64,000 nucleotides of DNA from the NCBI GenBank assembly GCA_965116885.1, contig OZ220741.1, positions 5,248,001 through 5,312,000 of the forward strand, written 5' to 3'. The position numbers were made by a program, and so were the translations under genes. The stretch's first letter is position 1. Every line of letters starts with the position of its first letter. The stretch comes from Candidatus Latescibacterota bacterium (GTDB lineage Bacteria > Latescibacterota > UBA2968). The notes beneath the pieces are model-generated. The model did not search any database, was not told where the DNA came from, and worked only from the letters and a program-made list of their open reading frames with translations. Positions 19,175 through 29,202 of this stretch are shown piece by piece.

Positions 19175-20500
19175 GTGATCGTCGATCTTCTCTACTTCTT
19201 TTTTGTCCTGGGCGTACTGGTTTTTGTTCACGAACTCGGGCATTTTTTGGTGGCCAAAAAATCGGGCATCAGAGTTGAGGCTTTCTCACTTGGATTCCCG
19301 CCCAAAGCAATAGGCGTAAAAATTGGTGAGACCGAATACTGCCTTTCGTGGTTGCCATTAGGGGGATATGTCAAAGTTGCCGGCATGGCCGACTTTGGTC
19401 ACGAAGAAGGCAAGGGTAAGCCCTGGGAGTTTCAGTCTAAGCCGCGATGGATTCAGATGGCCGTGATGGTTGCCGGACCGGCAATGAACTTTTTTCTGGG
19501 CTTTTTGCTATTGCTCACTATGTATATGTCGGCGGGCGAATACGCATTTTTAGACGATTCGCGCGTGGGTGAAGTTAAGACAGACTCGCCCTTCTATACG
19601 GCAGGCCTAAGACCGGGAGACCGCATTTTAGCCGTTGGAAATACAGCGGTAAATAACTGGGACGAAATGGAAGATGCGTTTCTCCTTCAAGCCGGTGACG
19701 TCATACCCGTTGAAATTGAACGCATCCCTGCCTACCGGTCAGACAGAACCGAGCGATTGACGATTTCTGTCGATTTGACCTCCCCCCCCCGCGAAGGTCT
19801 GGGACTGGGATATTATATGACCACAGAGGTTGGAGGCGTGATGCCCGGAATGCCAGCCGCAGAAATTGGACTGCAACCGGGCGATGTGATTACATCGGTC
19901 AATGATGTCCCCGTCACGATGTGGTGGGAGATGAGCCGCGAGATTTCTGTGCAACCCGGCGTGGAAATTTCATTGACCTGGCAGCGCAATGGTGAAGAGA
20001 TGACGAAGCAGATTATTCCCGCCTCTCAAACTTTTAATGGCGAAACCGTGGGGCGCATTGGCATTGATTTGGCTTCCAAACGCAATCCCATTTCCTTTTT
20101 TAAGGCCGTGCGCCGCAGTGCAACAGAAACCATCAATTTGTCAACAGCCATTTTTGGATTTGTCAAAGGCCTGGTCATAGGACAAGAATCCAGCAAGAAT
20201 TTGGCTGGACCTGTGGGAATTTTCCAGATGGTGGGCCAAAGTGCCGAGCGAGGTTTCTCCTATCTGCTGTGGTTTATGGCCATGCTCAGCATTAATCTGG
20301 GCGTACTCAATCTGCTACCCATTCCCATGCTCGATGGAGGCCATCTCACCATTCTCACGATAGAAGGCATTATTCGTCGGGATTTATCTGCGCGACACAA
20401 AGCCTGGCTCCAGCAAGCCGGATTTGCATTTTTGCTCTTCCTGATAATTTACGTAACCTTCAACGATATCGGACGTATTTCCGGATGGTTTGGAAACTAA
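19175..20500 (+). CDS. rseP: RIP metalloprotease RseP with two PDZ domains
   Basis: HELGH, PLGGYV, AGPAMN and NLLPIPMLDGG. Confidence 0.95.
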   Translation: MIVDLLYFFFVLGVLVFVHELGHFLVAKKSGIRVEAFSLGFPPKAIGVKIGETEYCLSWLPLGGYVKVAGMADFGHEEGKGKPWEFQSKPRWIQMAVMVAGPAMNFFLGFLLLLTMYMSAGEYAFLDDSRVGEVKTDSPFYTAGLRPGDRILAVGNTAVNNWDEMEDAFLLQAGDVIPVEIERIPAYRSDRTERLTISVDLTSPPREGLGLGYYMTTEVGGVMPGMPAAEIGLQPGDVITSVNDVPVTMWWEMSREISVQPGVEISLTWQRNGEEMTKQIIPASQTFNGETVGRIGIDLASKRNPISFFKAVRRSATETINLSTAIFGFVKGLVIGQESSKNLAGPVGIFQMVGQSAERGFSYLLWFMAMLSINLGVLNLLPIPMLDGGHLTILTIEGIIRRDLSARHKAWLQQAGFAFLLFLIIYVTFNDIGRISGWFGN

Positions 20501-20531
20501 AGCTCCTTGGATATACCAGAGATTGAACGAC

Positions 20532-20563
20532 AAAATCCCCCGCAAAAATGTGGGGGATTTTTT
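20532..20563. terminator. Bidirectional intrinsic terminator after rseP
   Basis: aaaatcccccgc...gtgggggatttttt. Confidence 0.8.
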
Positions 20564-20653
20564 ATTTCCAACCAGATCCAGACTCCGGTCTCCAGTCCCT
20601 GTCTCTCACGTTAACTGGTCTGGACTGTGACCTGCTATACACTGTTCTACGTC

Positions 20654-20995
20654 TTACCTTTCATCTTTCTTTTTCGTCTTTTGAAATGCCTCCATCTCAC
20701 GCTCTGCGTTCTCGCCAAATCGCTGCTGAATCAGGGCAATGAGCGCATCCCATTTTTCGGGGTGATCCCGACGGTCTTTGAGAAATTTCTCAATATCGGC
20801 TTGTGTGATGCCCTGTCGTTTGAATAGTTTTTTTCGTTCCACCAGCAGCGAGTCAGGCGCGAGCGCATAACGGCGGTGAAGTTCCATCGCATCTGCAAAC
20901 AACTCGATAAATTTCTTATCCGATAGCTCTGGCGTCGAAGTGATTGCGCATCCAATCGCACTGAGCAAGAGACACCAGAGAAGCACTTTTTTCAT
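20654..20995 (-). CDS. Small hypothetical lipoprotein (DUF4296-like helical domain, tentative)
   Basis: MKKVLLWCLLLSAIGC lipobox; 'LFKRQGIT...HPEKW' segment. Confidence 0.55.
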   Translation of the reverse strand: MKKVLLWCLLLSAIGCAITSTPELSDKKFIELFADAMELHRRYALAPDSLLVERKKLFKRQGITQADIEKFLKDRRDHPEKWDALIALIQQRFGENAEREMEAFQKTKKKDER

Positions 20996-21102
20996 AACAG
21001 AGTCCCAAAGAGAGAATCCCACAGAGGTCCTTCCGCAATTCCCTCAAAATACGTCACAATAATGCATACATATAAATAACTTATTTTTTATAGATAAAAC
21101 AA

Positions 21103-21131
21103 TTGACTTTTGAAACGCGAATTACTAATTT
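21103..21131 (+). promoter_or_regulatory. Putative promoter of the dcw cluster
   Basis: TTGACT, 17-bp spacer, TAATTT, directly upstream of the MraZ boxes. Confidence 0.55.
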
Positions 21132-21138
21132 AAGCCAG

Positions 21139-21168
21139 GTGGCGTATTGTGGTGGATTGTGGTGGATT
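21139..21168 (+). promoter_or_regulatory. MraZ-binding direct repeats (dcw boxes)
   Basis: GTGG repeated with 10-bp period (gtggcgtatt-gtggtggatt-gtggtggatt) upstream of mraZ, the known arrangement of MraZ operators. Confidence 0.8.
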
Positions 21169-21225
21169 TTATTTTTTTATATATCACTTTGTAAAATAAC
21201 AATTTAGATCTCTCAGGCTTCTCAG

Positions 21226-21672
21226 ATGTCCGATAACTGTCCAGAGTTTTATGGCGACTTTGAAAATATCCCCATCGATACCAAGGGTCGCTTAATTGTT
21301 CCTGCAGCATTTCGGAACGCGCTGCCCAGTGGCGTAAGCTCAATTATTGTCACGCAGTGGTTTGATGGTTGTTTGGCCGCGTTTGATCCCGATGGATGGC
21401 GGCGGATCATTGATCAACTCCGCAACATGGGACACTCACAAGTCCAGTCAAGACAATTAGTTAGAGCAATGGCAGGACGCGCATCTGAGGTAAAACTCGA
21501 CCGCCAGGGGCGTGCATTGATCCCCCGAAAGCGTCTGGATTCGGTCGGTATTACAGATCGCGCAACGCTGGCAGGCGCCGTTGATTGTATTGAAATTTGG
21601 GATCCCGATAAGTATAACGAAGCTCAAAATGCCGTTAATATGGAAGAGATAGCTGAAGGATTGGAACGGTAG
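21226..21672 (+). CDS. mraZ: Division/cell wall cluster transcriptional repressor MraZ
   Basis: Two DxKGR/DxQGR motifs, EIWD; first gene of the cluster. Confidence 0.95.
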   Translation: MSDNCPEFYGDFENIPIDTKGRLIVPAAFRNALPSGVSSIIVTQWFDGCLAAFDPDGWRRIIDQLRNMGHSQVQSRQLVRAMAGRASEVKLDRQGRALIPRKRLDSVGITDRATLAGAVDCIEIWDPDKYNEAQNAVNMEEIAEGLER

Positions 21673-21750
21673 AGAATATTCCGAAACAAGGAATAAATAT
21701 TCGGAATAAATATTCATACAATTAACAACTAATATAAAAAACAACAAGTT

Positions 21751-22725
21751 ATGCACCAAAAGGCTCCAGAGTATCACGTTCCGATCTTGGGGCCAGATGT
21801 GTCAAAATATCTCATAACTGACCCCAATGGAATTTATGTCGATGCGACTTTGGGAGGCGGTGGACACGCTGAAATTGTGCTCAAGCATCTGGGGCCTGAT
21901 GGCAAATTGATCGGCATTGACCGCGATCCCAAAGCCATCGAAGTCGCGACAAAACGTCTGACTCCATTCAAAGATCGGGTTTCTACAGTGCAAGCACCGT
22001 TTTGGAATCTCCGACACATTTTGGCAGAACAGGACCTTGCGACAATCACGGGCATTTTATTCGATCTGGGTCTTTCGTCTCACCAGATTGACAATGCCGA
22101 CCGGGGATTCAGTTTTCAACAGCGCGGTACACTCGATATGCGTATGGGGCCCGATGCAAAATGCACGGCACACGAGGTGGTCAATGCGTATTCGCAGGAA
22201 GATTTGACCCGCATCATCAAAACTTATGGTGAAGAACGCGCTGCTGCCCGCATCGCCCGAGCAATCTGTGAAAACAGACCTCTCAATTATACGGATGATC
22301 TGGCCGATGTAATTGCGCGGCACAGCTATGGGCCTCGAAAGCAAAAGACGCTTGCGCGGGTATTTCAAGCGCTTCGCATTGAAGTGAACGATGAATTGAC
22401 ACATCTTGAAGACGCGCTCCAAACAGCTATTGATCTACTCAAACCCGGTGGGCGCATTGGCGTCTTGACTTACCATTCGCTGGAACACCGCGCTGTCAAA
22501 CGGGTTTTTGAACTGGGTACGCGCGATTGTATTGGGCCTGTTAATCTGCCCATATGTGCCTGTGATCGCCTGCCCGTATTGACCTTGCCGGGAAAGCGAG
22601 CCATTCGACCAAATCGGACAGAAATCGCTCAAAATCCACGGGCACGCAGCGCAACACTTCGCGTGGCGCAACGCCTCGGTGTTTCCGCTCAGCCCTGGTT
22701 GTGCCATCGAGGACCTCTGTCGTGA
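21751..22725 (+). CDS. rsmH: 16S rRNA m4C1402 methyltransferase
   Basis: HVP, DATLGGGGH, DLGLSS, RGFSF, LDMRM, FQALRIEVNDEL and NPRARSA. Confidence 0.97.
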   Translation: MHQKAPEYHVPILGPDVSKYLITDPNGIYVDATLGGGGHAEIVLKHLGPDGKLIGIDRDPKAIEVATKRLTPFKDRVSTVQAPFWNLRHILAEQDLATITGILFDLGLSSHQIDNADRGFSFQQRGTLDMRMGPDAKCTAHEVVNAYSQEDLTRIIKTYGEERAAARIARAICENRPLNYTDDLADVIARHSYGPRKQKTLARVFQALRIEVNDELTHLEDALQTAIDLLKPGGRIGVLTYHSLEHRAVKRVFELGTRDCIGPVNLPICACDRLPVLTLPGKRAIRPNRTEIAQNPRARSATLRVAQRLGVSAQPWLCHRGPLS

Positions 22726-23015
22726 CTTCAGAATCGCGCCCGCCCTGGGGAATTTATCGCTCTGGTTTTTTATCGGTTATTCTCCTCGTTTCGGGATTGC
22801 TCATTTATATGTGGGGACATGTAGAAACCCTGAATCAGGGGCGTGAAATTGATCGGCTGCGTGCAGAGAAAAAAAACCTCTTGCACCAGCAAGAACGACT
22901 CCTGGCACGTACAGCGAGTTTGAAGCAGAGCAGTCGCATTCGCGATATTGCCGTTCGAAAATTGGGCATGGTGTTTCCGAGTGATCCACCAAAAAATTTG
23001 TACTTGAGTCGGTAA
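22701..23015 (+). CDS. ftsL: Cell division protein FtsL
   Basis: Single TM helix, coiled coil, 'RIRDIAVRKLGMVFP'; lies between rsmH and ftsI. Start uncertain. Confidence 0.85.
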   Translation: MPSRTSVVTSESRPPWGIYRSGFLSVILLVSGLLIYMWGHVETLNQGREIDRLRAEKKNLLHQQERLLARTASLKQSSRIRDIAVRKLGMVFPSDPPKNLYLSR

Positions 23016-25093
23016 TGAATATTCGCTTAAGAATAATCGCGCTTTTCGGTATAGGATTCGCGCTACTTTTGGCGTTTCGGCTGGTTTCCCTACAGGTCTG
23101 GTCTGTAGAGGCATACACTGACCAGGCGCGCAGTCAGCATGTCAAGAAGCGGGTTTTGCTCGCAGAGAGAGGGCGCATTTTTGACCGACGCGGCCGGGTG
23201 CTGGCGACAAATCTCGAATCCCAATCGTTCTTTCTCAACCAAATATCTGATAGAGACAGCCTGCGTTCGCTCGCCATTCGATTCTCTCGACAATCTGGGC
23301 GCGATGAAGCAACTCTCCTGAAGAAGGTTGATCAATCGCGCTCCTTCGTATGGCTCGCCCGTCAAGTCATTGATGCACCTACCGGATTGCCAGAAAGTAT
23401 CGGACGCATTGTCGAGATGCGACGCAATTATCCCATGGGGGCTCTGGCGGGTCAGGTATTGGGATATACCGATACCGATGGCCTGGGAATTGAAGGCATT
23501 GAACGCGCTTTTGATCCAATCTTGAGAGGTGAACCAGGTGAGTTATCCGCACGCGTTGACGCGAGAGGTCAAATGCTCAGCACACTCGGTGCAGTTCGGC
23601 AGATGCCTAAAAATGGCGATGATATCACCCTCACCATCGATGCCGATTATCAGGCCATTGCAGAAGAAGAGTTGCTAAAAGGCATGCAGAAATTCGATGC
23701 TAAAAGCGGCATTGCCATTGTGATGGAACCCCATACGGGTGAAATTTTAGCACTGGCAAACGCGCCTTTTTACGATCCAAATGATTTTTCAAAATCAGAA
23801 CTCTGGATACGGCGCAATCGGGCGGCAACCGATCAGTTCGAGCCGGGATCGACCTTTAAGGTTGTAGCATTTGCCGCCGCGCTCGAAGCCGGTTTGGTTG
23901 AGCCAGAAGATAAAATTTTCTGTGAAAATGGCAGAATGCGTATCGCTGGCGGCAAAATACTTCGAGACTCACATCCCGAAGGCTGGCTGACCGTGCGAGA
24001 AGTAATGGAAGAATCGAGCAATATTGGTACGGCTAAAATCGCGCGTAAAGTGGAAAAAGGTCCCTTATATCGCCAGATGCGCTTATTTGGCTTTGGCGCA
24101 AAAACAGGTGTGGATTTGCCGGGCGAAGTCAGCGGTCAACTTCGCCATCCAGATAAATGGTCAGCACGATCATTGGAAACCCTTTCCATAGGGCAAGAGA
24201 TTGCCGTGACCGCCCTTCAGGTCGCTGCTGCTTATAGCGCGATTGCCAATGGAGGGCGATTGATGACGCCGCGTATTTTCTTAAGAGCGTCTCGTAAGGA
24301 TTCCACAACGGAAGAAGGATCGCGCAGACCTATTCGACGGGTGATATCGCCCGAAACAGCGCGTACTCTTACCAGTTTCCTCGAAGGCGTTGTCAGTCAT
24401 GGTACCGGTAAAAATGCGCGCATACCCGGTTTCCGTGTTGCGGGAAAAACCGGAACAGCGCAGCAAGTGAAAGAAGGACAACCCGGATACGATCCCAATC
24501 GCTACATTCCGTCTTTTGTGGGTTTTTTGCCCGTCGAACGCCCCGAACTGTTGTGTTTGGTAGCCATAGATAGTCCTAAAAAGATCCACTGGGCAAGTCT
24601 GGTTGCCGCGCCTGTTTTTAAACGTATTGTACAGCGAATTTTGAGTCTGCGGCAAGCTCCTCTGCGCCACAGCGCCCCCCTGCTCGATGAACAGCCGCCT
24701 CCGTCTCCACGCGCCGACATTCATCTGGTGGGTCTTTCGCGGAAAGCTGCCACAGATGCTCTGAAACGTCTGGGAATGACCTATCAAATTGTGGGCGAAG
24801 GAGACCGCGTTGTTGGACAGCATATCGACATTGAAGAAAATAATGTCTCGTTGTTTTTAGGTTCTGCGCCTATTGCCACTCCCGATTACCGCACAGAGGC
24901 CAAAGGTTCAGACTCGCTTTACATGCCCGATGTGCGCGGAGCACCCGTGCGGCAGGCGGTTGCACAATTGACACAGATGGGGTTTCAGATCAAAATTTCG
25001 GGTAGTGGGCGGGTGATCGCACAGTCGCCCGAACCGGGTGTACCCGTAAAACCGGGAACATTATGTACGGTCGAATGTAAACGAGAAAGCTGA
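23015..25093 (+). CDS. ftsI: Class B penicillin-binding protein (FtsI/PBP3) with C-terminal PASTA domains
   Basis: RGRIFDR, EPGSTFK (SxxK), SSN, KTGTAQ, and PASTA 'MPDVRG...QSPEPG'. Confidence 0.93.
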   Translation: MNIRLRIIALFGIGFALLLAFRLVSLQVWSVEAYTDQARSQHVKKRVLLAERGRIFDRRGRVLATNLESQSFFLNQISDRDSLRSLAIRFSRQSGRDEATLLKKVDQSRSFVWLARQVIDAPTGLPESIGRIVEMRRNYPMGALAGQVLGYTDTDGLGIEGIERAFDPILRGEPGELSARVDARGQMLSTLGAVRQMPKNGDDITLTIDADYQAIAEEELLKGMQKFDAKSGIAIVMEPHTGEILALANAPFYDPNDFSKSELWIRRNRAATDQFEPGSTFKVVAFAAALEAGLVEPEDKIFCENGRMRIAGGKILRDSHPEGWLTVREVMEESSNIGTAKIARKVEKGPLYRQMRLFGFGAKTGVDLPGEVSGQLRHPDKWSARSLETLSIGQEIAVTALQVAAAYSAIANGGRLMTPRIFLRASRKDSTTEEGSRRPIRRVISPETARTLTSFLEGVVSHGTGKNARIPGFRVAGKTGTAQQVKEGQPGYDPNRYIPSFVGFLPVERPELLCLVAIDSPKKIHWASLVAAPVFKRIVQRILSLRQAPLRHSAPLLDEQPPPSPRADIHLVGLSRKAATDALKRLGMTYQIVGEGDRVVGQHIDIEENNVSLFLGSAPIATPDYRTEAKGSDSLYMPDVRGAPVRQAVAQLTQMGFQIKISGSGRVIAQSPEPGVPVKPGTLCTVECKRES

Positions 25094-25096
25094 GAT

Positions 25097-26551
25097 ATGC
25101 GCCTGAGAGAACTGCTATCTGACGTGCCAGATGTCGTGAGGACGCGCGGAAATAATCCCAATATCGGGGGTATTGCAACCCATTCTGGACGCGTCAAAGA
25201 AGGCGATCTATTTGTCGCACTCAGCAGCGATGGGAGCCTTCCTGATCGACATCCGTTTATTTTTCAGGCGGTTCAGGCTGGTGCTCGAGCCATTGTTGCC
25301 GAACGCGATGTCGATGTAGGAGATACGGCTTTTGTTCAAACGACCGACACGCACCGCGCACTTGCACACATTGCCCATCGCTTTTACAACAAGCCGAGTA
25401 AGCAGTTGAAAATGATTGGTGTTACGGGCACCAATGGCAAAACCTCGACTGTTTATCTCATTCGCGCTGTGCTCAATGCGGCTGGTTTGGCGCCGGGTTT
25501 GATTGGAACTATTGAGCACGACCTCGGCATAACACGCGAAATATCGCATAATTCTACGCCGCAGGCTCACGACTTACACCGCATGTTTCGCGCTATGGTC
25601 GATGCGAGTTGCCGGTCAGCCGTGATGGAAGTGACCTCACACGGGCTGGCGCAAAACCGCGTGTTGGGCATTGATTACGAAGTTGCGGTATTTACCAACC
25701 TGACGCGTGATCATCTGGATTATCACAATACACCTGGCGCCTATTTGGCTGCCAAGGCACGGCTCTTTGACAATCTCAGATCGGATGCTTATGCAGTCGT
25801 CAATACAGACGACGCGGCATCGAAAATATTGATGCAAAAATGTTCGGCACACTTGTTGAGCTATGGACGATTAGAAGATGCGACAGTACGCATTTTAGAG
25901 GGCAGCACTTCGCAGGGTGGTACGCGACTTTGCTTGCAAACACCGCGAGGAAAAATAGATCTGGAACTGGCACTTCAAGGTGACTTTCAATTGTACAATG
26001 CCACTGCAGCTGTCACTGCTGGCCTCGCGTTGGAGATCGAACCTGACATCATCGCAGAAGCTTTGCGCGAAATTCGAATTCCAGGTCGTTTTGAAGGCAT
26101 TGATTGCGGACAAAATTTTGGGGTATTTGTCGATTATGCACACGCGCCAGATGGGCTAAAAAATGTGCTGCAAACCGCGCGTGCATTTGCCCGAGGGCAA
26201 TTGATTTGCGTATTTGGTTGCGGAGGAGATCGCGATAAGGGCAAGCGCCCTGTGATGGGCGACTTGTCTGCAAAGTTGGCCGATCTATCTGTGGTGACAT
26301 CAGATAATCCTCGCACCGAAGACCCCGATGCCATTATTGCCGATATTTTGCCCGGTCTGGGCGATGCTCCGCACATCGTTGAACCCAATCGCCGGCGGGC
26401 AATTGAAAAAGCCATTGCAAAAGCGCGGGCAGGCGACCTCGTGCTCATTGCGGGTAAGGGGCACGAAAATTATCAGGAAACCAATGGGATTAAAGCCCCT
26501 TTTGACGATCGGGAAGTTGCACGGGAAATACTCGAGTGCAAAGTGGGGTGA
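25097..26551 (+). CDS. murE: UDP-MurNAc-tripeptide synthetase (meso-DAP type)
   Basis: GTNGKT, TNLTRDHLDYH, DYAH, GCGGDRD, and the DNPR meso-DAP specificity motif. Confidence 0.96.
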   Translation: MRLRELLSDVPDVVRTRGNNPNIGGIATHSGRVKEGDLFVALSSDGSLPDRHPFIFQAVQAGARAIVAERDVDVGDTAFVQTTDTHRALAHIAHRFYNKPSKQLKMIGVTGTNGKTSTVYLIRAVLNAAGLAPGLIGTIEHDLGITREISHNSTPQAHDLHRMFRAMVDASCRSAVMEVTSHGLAQNRVLGIDYEVAVFTNLTRDHLDYHNTPGAYLAAKARLFDNLRSDAYAVVNTDDAASKILMQKCSAHLLSYGRLEDATVRILEGSTSQGGTRLCLQTPRGKIDLELALQGDFQLYNATAAVTAGLALEIEPDIIAEALREIRIPGRFEGIDCGQNFGVFVDYAHAPDGLKNVLQTARAFARGQLICVFGCGGDRDKGKRPVMGDLSAKLADLSVVTSDNPRTEDPDAIIADILPGLGDAPHIVEPNRRRAIEKAIAKARAGDLVLIAGKGHENYQETNGIKAPFDDREVAREILECKVG

Positions 26552-27933
26552 TGGGTTATATGGAAGGGTTAACACTATCAGATGTAATTGAATCGACCCA
26601 TGGTCATTGGATTGGAAAGAATGATCCTTCCGCTATTGTGCCAACAGGGGTCAGTATTGATACAAGGACGCTCAAACCGGGCGAAATTTTCTTTGCATTG
26701 CCCGGTGAAAAGGTCGATGGTCACCAATTTTTGGACGCTGCATTTGCCAGAGGAGCCTGTGCTGCGGTAGTCACAAGGTCTGGTGCTCGGGAATCGCAGC
26801 AATCAGAACTGTTGGTCGCTGTCGATGCCCCCGATTTGGCTCTGGGCGATCTGGCGCGGTCTTATCGCAGGCGTTTCGACATTCCCGTTATTGGTATTAC
26901 GGGTAGCAGTGGCAAAACCACAACTAAAGATATGGTCGCTGCTGTTTTGAGCACGCGGTATCGGGTTTTGGCCACAAAGGGAAATCTCAATAGCAGACTG
27001 GGGGTACCGCTCACCTTATTCAACCTGTCGGCACATTGCGATGTCGCAGTTATTGAAATGGGCATTAGCGAACGCGATGGCATGCACTATCTGTGCAAAA
27101 TTGCGCAACCGACCATCGGCATGATAACCAATATCGGACCAGCACATCTCGAGTTTTTCGGCTCTGTAGAGGGTGTGGCAAAAGCCAAAGGGGAACTTCT
27201 GGAATATCTAGACGAGTCTTCTATGACTATCTTGAATCTCGATGACCTGTTTTTGTCCAAGGAGATAGTAAAAGTTAAGGGGAGACTCCTGGGCATTGGC
27301 ATCGAACAGATATGTCAATTTCGTGGGGAGGGACTCAAACTAGATCAGAAGGGTTTTGGTCATTTCTCTCTACAGGGCCATTATTTTCACCTGTCAATTC
27401 CGGGCAAGCACAATGTGTATAACGCGCTGATGGCCGCAACGGCAGGTTGGGCACTCAATGTGCCCCTACAAGATGCGGCAAAAGCACTTGAAAATTTCAC
27501 ATTGACCGAATTGAGAAGTCAGGTGCTGGAACACAATGGGATTCGCCTGATCAACGACACTTACAACGCCAATCCCGCATCGATGGGGGCGGCGCTTGAG
27601 ACCTTATCGCAAATCGAAGTGGATGGTCGGAGAATCGCAGTAGTGGGGGATATGCGCGAATTAGGAGCAATGACCCACGACGCACATCGGGCATTGGGGC
27701 GCGAAGCTGGCAATCGGCAAATTGACGCACTCTTCGCGCTGGGCGACCTGGCGGAGGTGGTCGTTGACGGGGGGCGCGAAGCAGGTATAGATCAGGCGTG
27801 GGCTTATGCAGACCGGGATGCGTTAACCAGCGCATTGCAGACTTATTTGAAGCCTGGAGACTTGATGCTCATCAAGGGATCACGCGGCATTGCAATGGAA
27901 AGAATAGTTACAGCACTGGGATTTGAAATGTAA
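26536..27933 (+). CDS. murF: UDP-MurNAc-pentapeptide synthetase
   Basis: GITGSSGKTTTK, INDTYNANP, GDMRELG and KGSRG. Start may be up to about 24 nt downstream. Confidence 0.95.
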   Translation: MQSGVMGYMEGLTLSDVIESTHGHWIGKNDPSAIVPTGVSIDTRTLKPGEIFFALPGEKVDGHQFLDAAFARGACAAVVTRSGARESQQSELLVAVDAPDLALGDLARSYRRRFDIPVIGITGSSGKTTTKDMVAAVLSTRYRVLATKGNLNSRLGVPLTLFNLSAHCDVAVIEMGISERDGMHYLCKIAQPTIGMITNIGPAHLEFFGSVEGVAKAKGELLEYLDESSMTILNLDDLFLSKEIVKVKGRLLGIGIEQICQFRGEGLKLDQKGFGHFSLQGHYFHLSIPGKHNVYNALMAATAGWALNVPLQDAAKALENFTLTELRSQVLEHNGIRLINDTYNANPASMGAALETLSQIEVDGRRIAVVGDMRELGAMTHDAHRALGREAGNRQIDALFALGDLAEVVVDGGREAGIDQAWAYADRDALTSALQTYLKPGDLMLIKGSRGIAMERIVTALGFEM

Positions 27934-27985
27934 TTAAGGCACGAGGATGGGGTGGTCTGCTCATCCCTTATCTCTTACCTTTTTT

Positions 27986-29191
27986 ATGACACTGACAAAC
28001 GAACAAAGAGATGATCGAACCTGGATTCTGTTGCTGCTCATTGTGGTTATGCTGGTGGGCTTTGGTACAGTAATCGTGTATAGTGCCAGTTCTGGATTGG
28101 CACAACTACAATTTGACAACAGCAATTTTTTTCTCAACCGCTGGGCCATCCGCATGGCCATCAGTTTGGTTGTGATGGTTCTGCTGATTCACATAGACTA
28201 TCGCGTCTGGCGCAAAAAGGCGCGCTTGATGCTGGCCGTAGCTTTTGCTTTTTTACTCGTGTTGCTCATCCTCAAGCTATTTGGCATCGGTGGGGTGCGA
28301 GGTGCATATCGCTGGATACCATTGCCGGGTGGGCAATTTCAACCCGCCGACATGATGCGCGTGGTGCTGGTGCTTTATCTGGCCGATTCCCTGACGCGCC
28401 GCCAGGATGTAATTGAAAATTTCAAATCGGGCTTTTTACCGCATGTCGTGATCATCGGCACAGCAATGGTGATGATTTTGATGCAACCCGATTTGGGTAC
28501 GGCAATGGCGATTGGGCTGACCTGTGCATTGATGCTCTATCTGGGCGGGGTGCGGTTGCGACACCTCATAGCGACATTCGCAGGTCTTTTGCCTATTCTG
28601 TATGTAATTGTTTTTGTTTTTGGGTATCGCCGCGAGCGCGTAATGACGTTTATATTTCCCGGCGACGATGCGCAAAATACGGGATATCAGATTGCGCAGT
28701 CCCTTCTCGCCCTGGGCAGTGGTGGATTTTGGGGCACGGGCTTGGGACAGGGCCAGCAAAAATATTTCTTTTTGCCTGAGCCCCATACCGATTTTGTATT
28801 TAGCATTGTTGGTGAAGAACTCGGTTTGTGGGGCACCCTGCTCGTTTTAATTTTATTTTTAATTTTTGGTCGGTGCGGACTTCGCATTGCTCGCACAGCC
28901 CCCGACACCTTTGGTTTTTTATTTGCTTCTGGCATTACCATTACGATTCTGATTTATGCTCTGATCAATATGGGTGTAGCTACCGGGTTGCTGCCTGTCA
29001 CGGGACTTCCCCTTCCCTTTATCAGCTATGGTGGTTCATCCTTGATGTTTACACTCTCCGCGACAGGTGTGCTCATTGGCATTGGACGGGCAAGTACTCG
29101 AAACAAAACCCGTCACTCACCTGCTGCATCGCAAACCAGTCCCCGGCACGCGATGTACAGACGACATCACCTCATCACTCCCCGACGTTGA
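27986..29191 (+). CDS. ftsW: SEDS family cell division protein FtsW
   Basis: VYSAS, QPDLG, GYQIAQS, LPEPHTDF and PVTGLPLPFISYGGSS. Confidence 0.93.
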   Translation: MTLTNEQRDDRTWILLLLIVVMLVGFGTVIVYSASSGLAQLQFDNSNFFLNRWAIRMAISLVVMVLLIHIDYRVWRKKARLMLAVAFAFLLVLLILKLFGIGGVRGAYRWIPLPGGQFQPADMMRVVLVLYLADSLTRRQDVIENFKSGFLPHVVIIGTAMVMILMQPDLGTAMAIGLTCALMLYLGGVRLRHLIATFAGLLPILYVIVFVFGYRRERVMTFIFPGDDAQNTGYQIAQSLLALGSGGFWGTGLGQGQQKYFFLPEPHTDFVFSIVGEELGLWGTLLVLILFLIFGRCGLRIARTAPDTFGFLFASGITITILIYALINMGVATGLLPVTGLPLPFISYGGSSLMFTLSATGVLIGIGRASTRNKTRHSPAASQTSPRHAMYRRHHLITPRR

Positions 29192-29202
29192 ACGATTTCA
29201 AA

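Noticed and set aside
21139..21168. Short repeat array as a possible CRISPR
   Set aside because: 10-bp period with no spacers; explained as MraZ boxes. No CRISPR array or cas gene was seen anywhere in the window.
28828..29202. 125-aa N-terminal extension of MurC as a possible murG remnant
   Set aside because: It is an alternative frame of the ftsW 3' end and has no MurG motifs (GGTGGH).
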